A stretch of 64,000 nt of DNA, from positions 2,707-66,706 of the forward strand of contig CACHCR010000005.1 in assembly GCA_902578385.1 (NCBI GenBank). Direction: 5' to 3'. Positions within the stretch are counted from its first letter, which is position 1, and every line of letters begins with the position of its first letter. The notes below the pieces were generated by a model. It ran no database searches. It was not told the DNA's origin and saw nothing but the letters and a program-made list of their open reading frames with translations. Of this stretch, positions 48,586 through 58,846 are shown piece by piece. A program made the position numbers and the translations under genes. This stretch comes from an uncultured Fidelibacterota bacterium (GTDB taxonomy: Bacteria; Fidelibacterota; Marinisomatia; Marinisomatales; Marinisomataceae).

Positions 48586-50748
48586 ATGAGCAAAAATGTC
48601 ATTAAAGATAATAATGAGGTTATAGCTGAAAAAAGCAAAGCTCTTTTAAAAAGAATTCCTTTAAAAAAAAATAGAAATCAAGTTGAAAATGCTCTTGAAT
48701 TTTCTATCAAAATGCACCACGGTCAAAAAAGAAAGTCCGGATTACCATTTGTTAGTCATTGTATAGATGTTGCCAATATTCTAATAGATTGGAATATGGA
48801 TCATACAACTATTGTAAGCGCATTATTACATGACGTGGTAGAAGATACTGAAGTGAAGTTAAATGATATTGAGAAAGAATTTGGTTCAGATGTTGCACTT
48901 CTTGTAGACGGTGTTACAAAAGTTGAAAATATTGCTTTTCATTCTAAAGAACATAAGCAGGCAGAAAATTTTACAAAGCTATTTCTTTCTTTAGCAAAAG
49001 ATTTGAGAGTAATAATTATAAAATTTGCTGATAGATTAAATAATATGGAAACAATTCAATTTCTTTCTCCACAAAAAAGAAAAGAAATTGCAGTGGAAAC
49101 AAAAGAAATTTTTGTGCCTTTAGCTCATAGGCTTGGAATGGCTAAGCTTAAATGGGAATTAGAAGATTTATCTCTTAAGTGTTTAGATCTTAGAGCTTTC
49201 AATAGTATTAAGAAAAAAATTGAAACTTCAGAGAGACTAAATCAGGACATATTATCAAATGCAATAAAACCAATTAAGTCTGAGCTTAATTCTTATAAAA
49301 TTAAATCAGATATTTTTGGGAGATATAAATCAATTTCATCAATTAATAGAAAAATGAAAAGCAGAGGTAAAAAATTTGAAGAAATTTATGATTTATATGC
49401 TATCAGAATTGTTGTTGATAAAATTGAAGAATGTTATCTTACATTGGGCGTAATTCATAGTATATATCCTCCACTTCAAGATAGGTTTAAAGACTTTGTT
49501 GCTACACCAAAGTCAAATGGATATCAGTCAATTCATACAACAGTACTAACTAAAGATAATCGTCTTACTGAGTTTCAAATTAGAACAAATGAAATGGATC
49601 ATACTGCGGAGGTTGGAGTTGCAGCTCACTGGCTATACAAAGGCAATGAACAGATAGGTGAATTTGATTCTCAAGTTTCATGGCTAAGAGATTTGTTACA
49701 AATGTTAAATAGTGATAGTTCTGAACCTGAAGAGTTAATGGATTTGCTAAAAATTGATATGTTTGAGGATGAAATTTTTGTTTTTACCCCAGCAGGCGAT
49801 TTAATCAAACTTCCAATTAACTCAACTCCTCTTGATTTTGCTTTTGCGATTCATGGAGGATTAGGTTTTACTACTGTTAGGTCTAAAGTAAACAAAAAAT
49901 TAGTACCTTTAAGTTATAGTTTACAAAGTGGGGATATTATAGAGATTGAAACCAATAAAAATCAAACTCCTAATAGCGGATGGCTAAAGTTTGTTAAAAC
50001 ATCCAAGGCAAAACACGAAATATCCAAATATTTAAGAAAAATTGAGTTAGAAGAAAGCATAAAAATTGGGAATGAAATCTTAGAAAAGTCACTAAGAAAG
50101 CTAAAAATATTAGATAAAATGAAAGATTTTAAAAAAAGCTATTCATTAGCAGGTTTTAAAACATTAAATAATATGCTCTCTGATATCGGCAGAGGTGGAG
50201 TAATTGTTAAAGATATAATTCCAAAAATTTTTCCTGATTTAAATAATAATCTTAAAAAGGAAATAGATGCAACTGAATTTATTGATTCCGCTAGGTCAGA
50301 TGTAGAGGGTATTAATTTAGATGGAGTAAAAAATTTAGTTGTTGATTACGGAAAGTGTTGTAATCCTATTCCAGGAGATGATGTCATTGGATATATTTCA
50401 AGAGGAAGAGGTTTAATAGTTCATGAACAGTCATGTTCAAATTTATCTTCACTTTCTTCCAAAAAAGATAGATTAGTATCAGTAAATTGGAATGCTAAGG
50501 AAAATTTAGCTTTTCGTTCAAAAATTCATATTACATGCATCGATACTGCAGGTATGTTAAATGAAATTGCTAATATAATTTCAAAAAATAATGTTAACAT
50601 GTTGGACGTTTCAACTGATGTAAAAGAAGGTGGAATTGCAAACATATGGATTATTTGCAAAGTGCAGAGTAGGAAAAAGTTAGATGCTGTTATCAATGAT
50701 ATTCAAAAAATTAAAAACGTTGATTCAGTTGAGCGTGTACATGAGTAG
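48586..50748 (+). CDS. rel: Bifunctional (p)ppGpp synthetase/hydrolase Rel/SpoT
   Basis: HD motif LLHDVVEDT, RFKD, NGYQSIHT, TGS, CCNPIPGD, ACT domain. Confidence 0.95.
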   Translation: MSKNVIKDNNEVIAEKSKALLKRIPLKKNRNQVENALEFSIKMHHGQKRKSGLPFVSHCIDVANILIDWNMDHTTIVSALLHDVVEDTEVKLNDIEKEFGSDVALLVDGVTKVENIAFHSKEHKQAENFTKLFLSLAKDLRVIIIKFADRLNNMETIQFLSPQKRKEIAVETKEIFVPLAHRLGMAKLKWELEDLSLKCLDLRAFNSIKKKIETSERLNQDILSNAIKPIKSELNSYKIKSDIFGRYKSISSINRKMKSRGKKFEEIYDLYAIRIVVDKIEECYLTLGVIHSIYPPLQDRFKDFVATPKSNGYQSIHTTVLTKDNRLTEFQIRTNEMDHTAEVGVAAHWLYKGNEQIGEFDSQVSWLRDLLQMLNSDSSEPEELMDLLKIDMFEDEIFVFTPAGDLIKLPINSTPLDFAFAIHGGLGFTTVRSKVNKKLVPLSYSLQSGDIIEIETNKNQTPNSGWLKFVKTSKAKHEISKYLRKIELEESIKIGNEILEKSLRKLKILDKMKDFKKSYSLAGFKTLNNMLSDIGRGGVIVKDIIPKIFPDLNNNLKKEIDATEFIDSARSDVEGINLDGVKNLVVDYGKCCNPIPGDDVIGYISRGRGLIVHEQSCSNLSSLSSKKDRLVSVNWNAKENLAFRSKIHITCIDTAGMLNEIANIISKNNVNMLDVSTDVKEGGIANIWIICKVQSRKKLDAVINDIQKIKNVDSVERVHE

Positions 50749-51157
50749 TAAATTAATTGGTATTGATTTTGGTCTTGCAAAAATAGGTTTATCTATATCA
50801 GATCCGTCAAAAATTATTTCAATTCCCTTAAAAGTTGTTAGATATAAGACAAAAAATGAGCTTTTAAAAAAACTTAATGAAATTGCTATTGAAAATGATG
50901 TCAATGCTTTTGTTATTGGATATCCTTTAAATATGAATAATAAAAAAAATGAAATGACTGAATTAGTTGACCAGTTTAAAGCAGATCTCATTAAAATGAA
51001 TTTTAAAGTTTATCTTCAAGATGAAAGATTATCGAGTGAGTCTGCAAAAAAAATTATTCATCAACAGAATATTAAAACAGGAGAGAATAAAGAGAAGATT
51101 GACTTAATTGCTTCAACAATTATACTTCAATCATTTTTAGATAAAGGAGCGGCTTAA
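50741..51157 (+). CDS. yqgF: YqgF/RuvX nuclease
   Basis: IGIDFG..KIGLSISD, VIGYP, DERLSS, IILQSFLD; ATG 50741. Confidence 0.93.
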   Translation: MSSKLIGIDFGLAKIGLSISDPSKIISIPLKVVRYKTKNELLKKLNEIAIENDVNAFVIGYPLNMNNKKNEMTELVDQFKADLIKMNFKVYLQDERLSSESAKKIIHQQNIKTGENKEKIDLIASTIILQSFLDKGAA

Positions 51158-52542
51158 TGAGTACAAAGAATTTATTTTTAGCTCTTTTAAGTGGCATATT
51201 ATTGGGATTATCTTTTCCTCCATTTCATTTAGGATTTCTTGCATGGATTTTTTTAGTTCCTTTATTCAAAATTTTTTATGAAAAAAATAAATTTCAAGAA
51301 AAGGCATTATCATTTTATATAGCCGGATTTACAAGTTATGCTATCATAACTCATTGGGTAGCATTGAACTCTGGTACGTCTGTTCAGGTAGCTGTTTTGT
51401 CTTATCTTGCAATATGTTTTTTTTATCCACTATACTGGTTGGTTTTTTTGTTTATTCTTAATTCTTTAAAAAAATTAAAGTTTTCAACTAATACCCAGCT
51501 TATTCTTATCCCTTTAATTTGGGTATTTATTGAAAACTTAAGGGATTTTGGACCTTTAGCTGCTCCATGGTTAAATTTTTCGTTAAGTCAAACGGGTTAC
51601 GATAGATTGATTCAAGCTGTAAGTATTCATGTAGACTTATCTACATTTTTGATTGTTCTTTTTAATATACTTTTTTTCAAATTTATATTTTTAAAAGAAA
51701 AAAAATACCTCTATGTTTTTTCATTTATTCTTATCATAAATATTATTGTTGGACAGGTAATAATTAGGAATTATAATTCTGGAAATTTTTCTAAAGAAAT
51801 TAAAGTTTCAATTGGTCAACCTGTAATCTATCCTGATGAAAAATGGAATCCTAACTTAAGAGAAAGAAATGAAAAAATTATGAACAATCTTCTTGAACAA
51901 TCTTTGAAAGCCAATCCAGACATCATTATATGGCCTGAAGCTGCTTTAACATCTTTTTTAGCTGTATCTAATTCGAAAAAAAGGATTGATCTTCAAAAAA
52001 GACTTAATAGTTCTGCTTTAATTACAGGCATTCCTCAAAGGGTTTATTTAAATGATGAATTAAAGGTTTATAATAGTGCAATTTTTATGAAATCGGATGG
52101 TTTCTATGATACTTATCAGAAAATCTTTTTAGTTCCTTTTGCGGAATATGTACCTTTTTTTCAAAACTGGTTAACAAAAATTAATCAGTTTGATGATATG
52201 GGAAGTTTTACACCAGGAGAAAACTACAATACTTTTGAAATAAATAATATTAAATCATCTATTATGATCTGTTATGATTCGAGCAGTTACAGGATAGCCA
52301 AAAAAATGGTTGATAAGGGTGCGGAAATAATTTTTGTAGTTACAAATGATTCATATGTTGGAAAAGCAATGCCATATCAACATTTTGAACATGCAAAATT
52401 GCGTGCCATAGAGTTGGGTATTCCAATAGTTCAAAGTGCAAATAATGGTATATCTGGAATAATTCTTCCATCAGGAGAAGTTTTATTGAAATCAGATATT
52501 GATGAAAGAAATACATTTAATTATTCAATTAAGTTAAAATGA
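51157..52542 (+). CDS. lnt: Apolipoprotein N-acyltransferase
   Basis: TM N-terminus, WPEAA, K..LVPFAEY, ICYD, TND, NNGIS. Confidence 0.95.
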   Translation: MSTKNLFLALLSGILLGLSFPPFHLGFLAWIFLVPLFKIFYEKNKFQEKALSFYIAGFTSYAIITHWVALNSGTSVQVAVLSYLAICFFYPLYWLVFLFILNSLKKLKFSTNTQLILIPLIWVFIENLRDFGPLAAPWLNFSLSQTGYDRLIQAVSIHVDLSTFLIVLFNILFFKFIFLKEKKYLYVFSFILIINIIVGQVIIRNYNSGNFSKEIKVSIGQPVIYPDEKWNPNLRERNEKIMNNLLEQSLKANPDIIIWPEAALTSFLAVSNSKKRIDLQKRLNSSALITGIPQRVYLNDELKVYNSAIFMKSDGFYDTYQKIFLVPFAEYVPFFQNWLTKINQFDDMGSFTPGENYNTFEINNIKSSIMICYDSSSYRIAKKMVDKGAEIIFVVTNDSYVGKAMPYQHFEHAKLRAIELGIPIVQSANNGISGIILPSGEVLLKSDIDERNTFNYSIKLK

Positions 52543-53279
52543 GTAGATATAAAATAACTATTCAATATGATGGCAATAGTTTTTCTGGATTTCAATCTCA
52601 AAAAAATAAGTCAGGTATTCAAGATCAAATTGAATCATCTATTGCAAAACTAAACAATAATAAATTAGTAAAAGTCTATGGTGCTAGTAGGACAGATGCT
52701 GGTGTTCATGCTTTGGGACAAGTAGCACATTTTGATATTGTCTCTCAATTATCGGATGATGATTTTCTAAGAGCCATAAATGCCAGATTAAATAAAGAAA
52801 TTAGAATTTCCAAATTAGTAAAAGTAGATGATTGTTTTCATAGTAGATTTGATGCTAAAAGTAAAAAATATGAATATTTTTGCTGTACTGAAGAAAATCC
52901 ACTTTTTTTAAAAAATCATCATTTTATTAAAAAAATCGATTTTAATCTAATTAAAAAGGCATCTAAGTTAATCGAGGGAGAGCATGATTTTTTATCATTT
53001 TCAAAATTTTCAGGTAAAGAAAATAATAGGTGTAAGATTTTTAGCTCTGAATGGCTTTTTGATGATAAAAATAAACAAAAACTATCATATATTATTCATG
53101 GAAATAGATTTTTGCATCATATGGTTAGATATTTGGTTGGAACTATGATTGCTGTAGGACAAAATAAAATTTCAATTGAAGATTTTTTAATTTTGTTAAA
53201 TAATCCAAAGAAAGATGCAAGGATATTTAAAGCTCCGAGCAAGGGCTTAATTTTGAGGGAAATTTTTTATGAGAATTAA
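52539..53279 (+). CDS. truA: tRNA pseudouridine 38-40 synthase
   Basis: YDG..FSGFQ, SRTDAGVHA, FLHHMVR. Confidence 0.96.
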   Translation: MSRYKITIQYDGNSFSGFQSQKNKSGIQDQIESSIAKLNNNKLVKVYGASRTDAGVHALGQVAHFDIVSQLSDDDFLRAINARLNKEIRISKLVKVDDCFHSRFDAKSKKYEYFCCTEENPLFLKNHHFIKKIDFNLIKKASKLIEGEHDFLSFSKFSGKENNRCKIFSSEWLFDDKNKQKLSYIIHGNRFLHHMVRYLVGTMIAVGQNKISIEDFLILLNNPKKDARIFKAPSKGLILREIFYEN

Positions 53280-54333
53280 AATTTTAAGTTTGTTTATGTT
53301 TCTTTTTCTAGGTTGTAATGAAAGAAGTTTAAATAATGAACAAGGTCTTATTTCTAAAGATACAGCTATATCTCAAGCTGTTGAGTTGGCAAGCCCGGGA
53401 GTAGTAGGTATTTATAGAAGTCAGGAAGTAGTTTTAAGGACAAGGTGGGGTGGTTATAGAAATCTTAAACCAATTTCATCTAACGGATCAGGATTTATTA
53501 TAAGCGAAGATGGATATATTTTAACAAATGCACATAACATAAAAGATAATTTACGTTCTGAACTTATTACAACTGATATTAGTATAACTGTAGTTGTTCC
53601 TGGAGGAGAAATGTATAATGCTTCTATTGTAGGAATTGATATGATATCAGATATTGCACTTTTAAAAATTAATGGGAATAATTTTAATTATTGTAATTTG
53701 GGTAACTCTGATAATGTAAAGGTTGGTGAATGGGCAATTGCTCTTGGAAATCCAAGAAATTTAATTTCAAATGCTCAATATCAACCAATTGCATCAGCTG
53801 GAATTATTAGCGCTATTAATGCAGATTTTAATCTTGATACTCAGACAGGAAAATTATTAGATAATATGATTCAAACTGATGCATCTCTTAATCCAGGGAA
53901 TAGCGGAGGACCGTTAATAGATTCAAGTGGTAAAGTAATTGGAATAAATACTTTTATTAAGGCAGATTCTCAGAACTTAGGATTTGCAATTCCAATAAAT
54001 TTTGCAAAAAAAATTGCAAATGAATTAAAACTTAAGGGAGTAATTGATAGAAGAGTTTCTTTTGGTCTTTCAGCTACACAGTACATTTATGGAGAAAATC
54101 GTGATCAAATAGGATTGTATATTGATAGAGTTGATTATTCAGACTCTGCCCGAAATGAGGAATTATATAGGGGAGATATAATTATAGCAGTAGAAGGCTT
54201 TAGGATAGAATCATTAGAGGAAATTAAAGCAGTTTTGATTAAATTAGATTTAAGAGCTGGTGATGAAGTAGGATTGACAGTTATAAGAGAAAACGATTTT
54301 GAGGATGTAAGTTTAACTTTAGGAAAAATATGA
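53269..54333 (+). CDS. HtrA/DegP-family serine protease with one PDZ domain, lipoprotein
   Basis: Lipobox FLGC; TNAH, DIALL, GNSGG catalytic triad. Confidence 0.92.
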   Translation: MRIKILSLFMFLFLGCNERSLNNEQGLISKDTAISQAVELASPGVVGIYRSQEVVLRTRWGGYRNLKPISSNGSGFIISEDGYILTNAHNIKDNLRSELITTDISITVVVPGGEMYNASIVGIDMISDIALLKINGNNFNYCNLGNSDNVKVGEWAIALGNPRNLISNAQYQPIASAGIISAINADFNLDTQTGKLLDNMIQTDASLNPGNSGGPLIDSSGKVIGINTFIKADSQNLGFAIPINFAKKIANELKLKGVIDRRVSFGLSATQYIYGENRDQIGLYIDRVDYSDSARNEELYRGDIIIAVEGFRIESLEEIKAVLIKLDLRAGDEVGLTVIRENDFEDVSLTLGKI

Positions 54334-54608
54334 CAAGAAGAAGTATTCAGTTAATAGTGTTCGGTCTTTGTTCAGGGGCTTTACTTGGAACACTTGTTGG
54401 TGATTTTATGGCTTTTCTTCTTCCTGATGGAAGCGCAGTTAAGCAATTTTTTCTATTATCTTATGATTTTACATTTGGCTCAATGAATAGTGATTATTTA
54501 ATTGATTTAGGAGTAATAGTAATTGATTTTGGTTTTATTTTAAAATTTAATGTTTGTAGTATTATTGGTTTTGGGATTGCATATTATTTATTAAAATACT
54601 TTAGATAA
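54330..54608 (+). CDS. DUF4321-like small membrane protein
   Basis: GALLGTLVG.., IDLGVI..FGF.LKFN..SIIG. Confidence 0.7.
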   Translation: MTRRSIQLIVFGLCSGALLGTLVGDFMAFLLPDGSAVKQFFLLSYDFTFGSMNSDYLIDLGVIVIDFGFILKFNVCSIIGFGIAYYLLKYFR

Positions 54609-54622
54609 AAAAAGAGGTTTAT

Positions 54623-54799
54623 ATGTTCAATTTAGGTACTGGTGAGTTAGTTTTAATTTTTTTAATTCTTTTACTTCTTTTTGGAGGAAAGAGATTACCT
54701 GGTATTGCTAGAGGATTCGCTAACTCTTTAAGAGAGTTTAGAGGAGCTTTGGACGATACTAAGGAAGAAATTAAAAAATCTGAAAATTCTGACAAATAA
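54623..54799 (+). CDS. tatA: Twin-arginine translocase TatA (missing from ORF track)
   Basis: MFNLGTGELVLIFLILLLLFGGKRLPGIARGFANSLREFR...; SD GAGG. Confidence 0.93.
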   Translation: MFNLGTGELVLIFLILLLLFGGKRLPGIARGFANSLREFRGALDDTKEEIKKSENSDK

Positions 54800-54805
54800 G
54801 ATTAG

Positions 54806-56167
54806 ATGAATCCATCTAATTCTCTCGAACAGAAATTACTGATTGAAAAAGAGAATATTTCAAACAGTAAAACTAATTCTGTTATAAGAAGTCGTTTTGA
54901 AAAAATTGATTTAAACAAAAAAAGAAATGGAATTTTGGAGAATAAAACATTTCTTATTAAAGATAATATAGCAATCAAAGGCGAACCCTTAACTTGCTCA
55001 TCAAATATTTTAAAATCTTACAAATCTCCTTTTAACGCAACGGTTATAGAAAAAATCCAAAAAGAAGGTGGAATTATAACTGGCCAAACAAATTGTGATG
55101 AATTTGCTATGGGTTCGTCTTCTGAATTTTCTATTTATGGATCAGTAAAGAATCCATTTAATTCAGATTTGGTTGCAGGAGGATCTAGTGGTGGTTCTGC
55201 AGCAGCAATTGCAGAAAATCTTGCTGATATATCACTTGGTTCAGATACTGGAGGTTCAGTAAGGCAGCCATCTGCATTCTGTGGCATTTATGGTTTAAAG
55301 CCGACCTATGGCAGAATTTCAAGGTATGGGCTAGTAGCACATGCATCATCTTTTGATACAATAGGTATCATGTCAAAAGATTTGACCGATGTTTATAAAA
55401 CATTTTCTGTCATTTCTGGGATTGATAAAAAAGATGCAACAAGTTGTAATATTCCTTTAAATGATAAATTTTCTTTCAAAGCTTCAAAGTTGCCGAAATC
55501 TATTGGAGTAGTTAATAAAAATATTTTAAAGGATGTAAATCCAGAAATAAAAGACAGATACTATTTATTAATTGATTTTTTGAAATCAAAAAAAGTAGAA
55601 ATTATAGAAATTGATTTACCTTTCTTTGAATACTGTATTCCTGCATATTATGTATTAACAATGGCTGAAGCATCTTCAAATCTATCAAGATTTGATGGAG
55701 TTAGATACGGTAATAGATCAGATTCCAATGATTTATCTGAATTATATGTTAAAACTAGATCCAAAGGGTTTTCAGATGAGGTTAAAAGAAGAATTATGAC
55801 AGGAACATACGTATTATCTTCAGGCTACTATGATGCATATTTTTCAAAAGCGCTAAAGGTAAGAAGATTAATAAGAAATGGTTATTCTGATATTTTTAAA
55901 AATTGTGAAAATTTATTAATTCCTACAACTCCTGATTTACCATTTAAGTTAGAGAATAATTTAAAAGATCCACTTAAAATGTATTTGTCAGACTTGTTCA
56001 CAGTTCCAATAAATTTGGCAGGCATCCCATCTATAAATGTTCCTGTAGGTTATTCTTCAAATAATCTACCTATTGGTTTACAAATAGTTTCTAATTCATT
56101 TAAAGAGGAAACTTTATTTAGTTTGGCTCATATATTAAATGAAGAGGAAATTTTTGAAAAAGCTTAA
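54806..56167 (+). CDS. gatA: Asp/Glu-tRNA amidotransferase subunit A
   Basis: IKDNI, DEFAMGSS, GGSSGGSAAA, GSDTGGSVRQP, NLSRFDGVRYG, EVKRRI. Confidence 0.96.
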   Translation: MNPSNSLEQKLLIEKENISNSKTNSVIRSRFEKIDLNKKRNGILENKTFLIKDNIAIKGEPLTCSSNILKSYKSPFNATVIEKIQKEGGIITGQTNCDEFAMGSSSEFSIYGSVKNPFNSDLVAGGSSGGSAAAIAENLADISLGSDTGGSVRQPSAFCGIYGLKPTYGRISRYGLVAHASSFDTIGIMSKDLTDVYKTFSVISGIDKKDATSCNIPLNDKFSFKASKLPKSIGVVNKNILKDVNPEIKDRYYLLIDFLKSKKVEIIEIDLPFFEYCIPAYYVLTMAEASSNLSRFDGVRYGNRSDSNDLSELYVKTRSKGFSDEVKRRIMTGTYVLSSGYYDAYFSKALKVRRLIRNGYSDIFKNCENLLIPTTPDLPFKLENNLKDPLKMYLSDLFTVPINLAGIPSINVPVGYSSNNLPIGLQIVSNSFKEETLFSLAHILNEEEIFEKA

Positions 56168-57132
56168 TGGAATTCTTATACCCAAATTTTTTATTTGCAA
56201 TACCTGCATTTTTAATTTTAATTATTATTAAAAAAATATTTTTAAAAAGATCTTCTTCTATCCAGGTTTCAAATTTCAATAGCCTTAAAAATTATTTTGG
56301 CAATCAAGGAAAACTAAAGATTTCAATTATAAATGTTTTATTTATTATTTCAATCACACTTCTAATAATTGGATTAGCTAGACCTAGAATATCATTGGTT
56401 GATGAAAATATTACTGTGGAAGTAATCGATATTATTCTTGTATTAGATACTAGTAGTAGTATGCTAGCTGAAGATTTTAAGCCAAATAGATTAGAGGCAG
56501 TAAAGGATGCTGCACAGAAATTTATAGCAAATAGAAACGGAGATAGGATTGGTTTATTAGTTTTTGGTAAAGAGACCTTTATTCAGTGTCCTTTAACTAT
56601 CGATTATAGTGTCTTAAATAGTCTATTGAACGAAGTTACTGTAATGGAGCCAAAATATGATGGTACTGCCATTGGAGTAGCCATTGCAAGCGGAGTTAAT
56701 AGATTAAGAAATAGCGATTCAGAAAGCAAAGTTATTATTTTACTTTCAGATGGGAGTAATAATGCTGGATCAATCGATCCTATATCAGCTGCAAAAATTG
56801 CAAAAGAGTATGGAATTAAAGTCTATACCATTGGAGCTGGTACTAACCAATCAATTACGCAAATTCCTGGAAGAGGGTTTGTCAGAAATGAAATTGATGA
56901 AGAGACTTTAATTGGTATTGCTGATGTTACAAATGCCAAATACTTTAGAGCAATTGATAAAGCTAGTCTATCTGGAATATATTCTGAAATTGATAAACTT
57001 GAAAAATCTGAAATTTCAGTAAGTTATTTTTCAAGCTTTGAAGAAGTTTATATATGGTTCATTTTATTAGGATTCGTTTTTATAATTTTATCTGAATTGT
57101 TAAGAACCTACTATTTCAGGAGAGTTCTGTGA
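56167..57132 (+). CDS. batA: BatA vWA domain protein
   Basis: MEFLYP, LARP, DTSSSM MIDAS, GTAIG, LLSDG. Confidence 0.9.
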   Translation: MEFLYPNFLFAIPAFLILIIIKKIFLKRSSSIQVSNFNSLKNYFGNQGKLKISIINVLFIISITLLIIGLARPRISLVDENITVEVIDIILVLDTSSSMLAEDFKPNRLEAVKDAAQKFIANRNGDRIGLLVFGKETFIQCPLTIDYSVLNSLLNEVTVMEPKYDGTAIGVAIASGVNRLRNSDSESKVIILLSDGSNNAGSIDPISAAKIAKEYGIKVYTIGAGTNQSITQIPGRGFVRNEIDEETLIGIADVTNAKYFRAIDKASLSGIYSEIDKLEKSEISVSYFSSFEEVYIWFILLGFVFIILSELLRTYYFRRVL

Positions 57133-58121
57133 TTTTAGAGCATATAGAAATAGCTCTATTTTGTTTAATTATTTTTATCTTAAGCATAATATTTTATTTA
57201 TATAGATCTAATAAATATAAAGTCTTTGATAATAGAAATTTTTCAAAAAATTTCTTTGATAAATTATTTATTGGAAGTGATTCAAGAATAAAATTCAAAA
57301 TGATTTTAAGGTATTTAGGTATTTTGAGTTTGATTTTTGCTCTAGCAGGAATTAAAACTGGCATTACAGTAAAGCCTGTTGAGAGAAAAGGTGTAGATAT
57401 TATTTTTTGCATTGATGTTTCTTTAAGTATGGATGCCCAGGATATAAAGCCCTCAAGAATTAATAAAGTTAAATTTGAAATGTCAAAAATTGTTGATAAC
57501 CTAGAAGGTGATCGTATTGGCATAGTAGTTTTTTCTGGTTCAAATTTTCTTTATTTACCTTTAACTATGGATTATGATGCTTCAAAGCTCTTTATAAAGA
57601 GCATTGATACATCAATGATCTCTTCAAGAGGTACAGATATCCCAAATGCAATAAAAACATCTGTTGAAGCATTTGGAGATGAGGGAGAACAGCAAAAAAT
57701 GATTTTTCTCTTTTCAGATGGTGAGGATCATAGTGAAAATTCATTAGAAAATATATCTTTTCTAATTAAAAATAAAATCGATTTACATGTAATTGGCGTT
57801 GGTAGCACTAAAGGCTCTCTAATTCCGTTAAGTGGTAAAGAAAATTCTTTTGTAAAAGACTCTAAGGGTGAGCTTGTTTTATCAAAAATTAATTCTGATT
57901 TTTTGAGGAGTATTGCAGATATAAATAATGGAAAAATTTTAAGAATATCCAAAAGTGAACCTGTAAGTGAAAATATTATTGATATCATTAATTTAGGAGA
58001 AGATTCATTAATAAGTTCTTTTGAATTTTCAGATTATGAACATAAATATCAATATCCATTAGCAGTTTCAATAATACTTTTAATAATTTCAAACTTATTA
58101 TTATCTGGAAGAAGAAGATGA
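57129..58121 (+). CDS. batB: BatB vWA domain protein
   Basis: DVSLSMDAQDIKPSR, PLTMDY, SDGEDH, G+GS..GS.IP. Confidence 0.88.
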   Translation: MILEHIEIALFCLIIFILSIIFYLYRSNKYKVFDNRNFSKNFFDKLFIGSDSRIKFKMILRYLGILSLIFALAGIKTGITVKPVERKGVDIIFCIDVSLSMDAQDIKPSRINKVKFEMSKIVDNLEGDRIGIVVFSGSNFLYLPLTMDYDASKLFIKSIDTSMISSRGTDIPNAIKTSVEAFGDEGEQQKMIFLFSDGEDHSENSLENISFLIKNKIDLHVIGVGSTKGSLIPLSGKENSFVKDSKGELVLSKINSDFLRSIADINNGKILRISKSEPVSENIIDIINLGEDSLISSFEFSDYEHKYQYPLAVSIILLIISNLLLSGRRR

Positions 58122-58846
58122 AATACATTATTCCAATATTATTTTTTAACCTATTATTATGTCAAGATATTGGGCAAAAGATGTTTAAAAATGGAGATAC
58201 AGATTCCGCTATTAAATATTATCAGCATCTACTAGAAGATGAAGATTTATCTAAGGATAATATTATTTATAATTTAGCTTCAATTTATTCCTCAGTTGAT
58301 AGTCTTGAAAGAGCAGAAGAGTTCTTTAATCTTGCAATTCAAGATAGTTTAAATCCATCTGCAGAGTTAAGCTATAATCGCGGAAATATGTTTTTTAAGT
58401 CTCAAAAACTCGAAGAAAGTTTAAAATCATATAGAGACGCACTATTAAAAAATCCAAATGACGATGAGGCAAGAAAAAATTATGAGTTTGTTAAAAATGA
58501 AATCGAAAAAAACAAACAAAATAAACAAGAAAATCAACAGGAAAATGAAGATAGTCAAAAATCTGAAAATAATGAGAATAATCAAAATGAGGATAAAAAT
58601 CAGAGTGATGAAAATAAGGATGATAAGTCAAATGATTCTGATAAAAATCCAGAAAATAATAATAATGACGATGGACCTTCAGAGAAAGAATCTTCACAAT
58701 CCCCTAAACAAGAAAATAATTCAGATCGTCAAATGAATGTTGATCAAAATGTTGAAAATATTCTAAATGCTATGAAAGAAAATGAACAAGTAAACAAAAA
58801 AAGAAAGCAAAATAATTATTCAAATGAAAGTGGAAAAGAATGGTAA
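58118..58846 (+). CDS. batC: BatC TPR protein
   Basis: YNRGN, NPNDDEARKNYE, N/Q/E/D low-complexity linker, terminal KEW. Confidence 0.85.
   Translation: MKYIIPILFFNLLLCQDIGQKMFKNGDTDSAIKYYQHLLEDEDLSKDNIIYNLASIYSSVDSLERAEEFFNLAIQDSLNPSAELSYNRGNMFFKSQKLEESLKSYRDALLKNPNDDEARKNYEFVKNEIEKNKQNKQENQQENEDSQKSENNENNQNEDKNQSDENKDDKSNDSDKNPENNNNDDGPSEKESSQSPKQENNSDRQMNVDQNVENILNAMKENEQVNKKRKQNNYSNESGKEW

Noticed and set aside
58500-58740. Low-complexity N/Q/E/D tract and overlapping ORFs in batC
   Set aside because: Normal BatC linker; not a separate element
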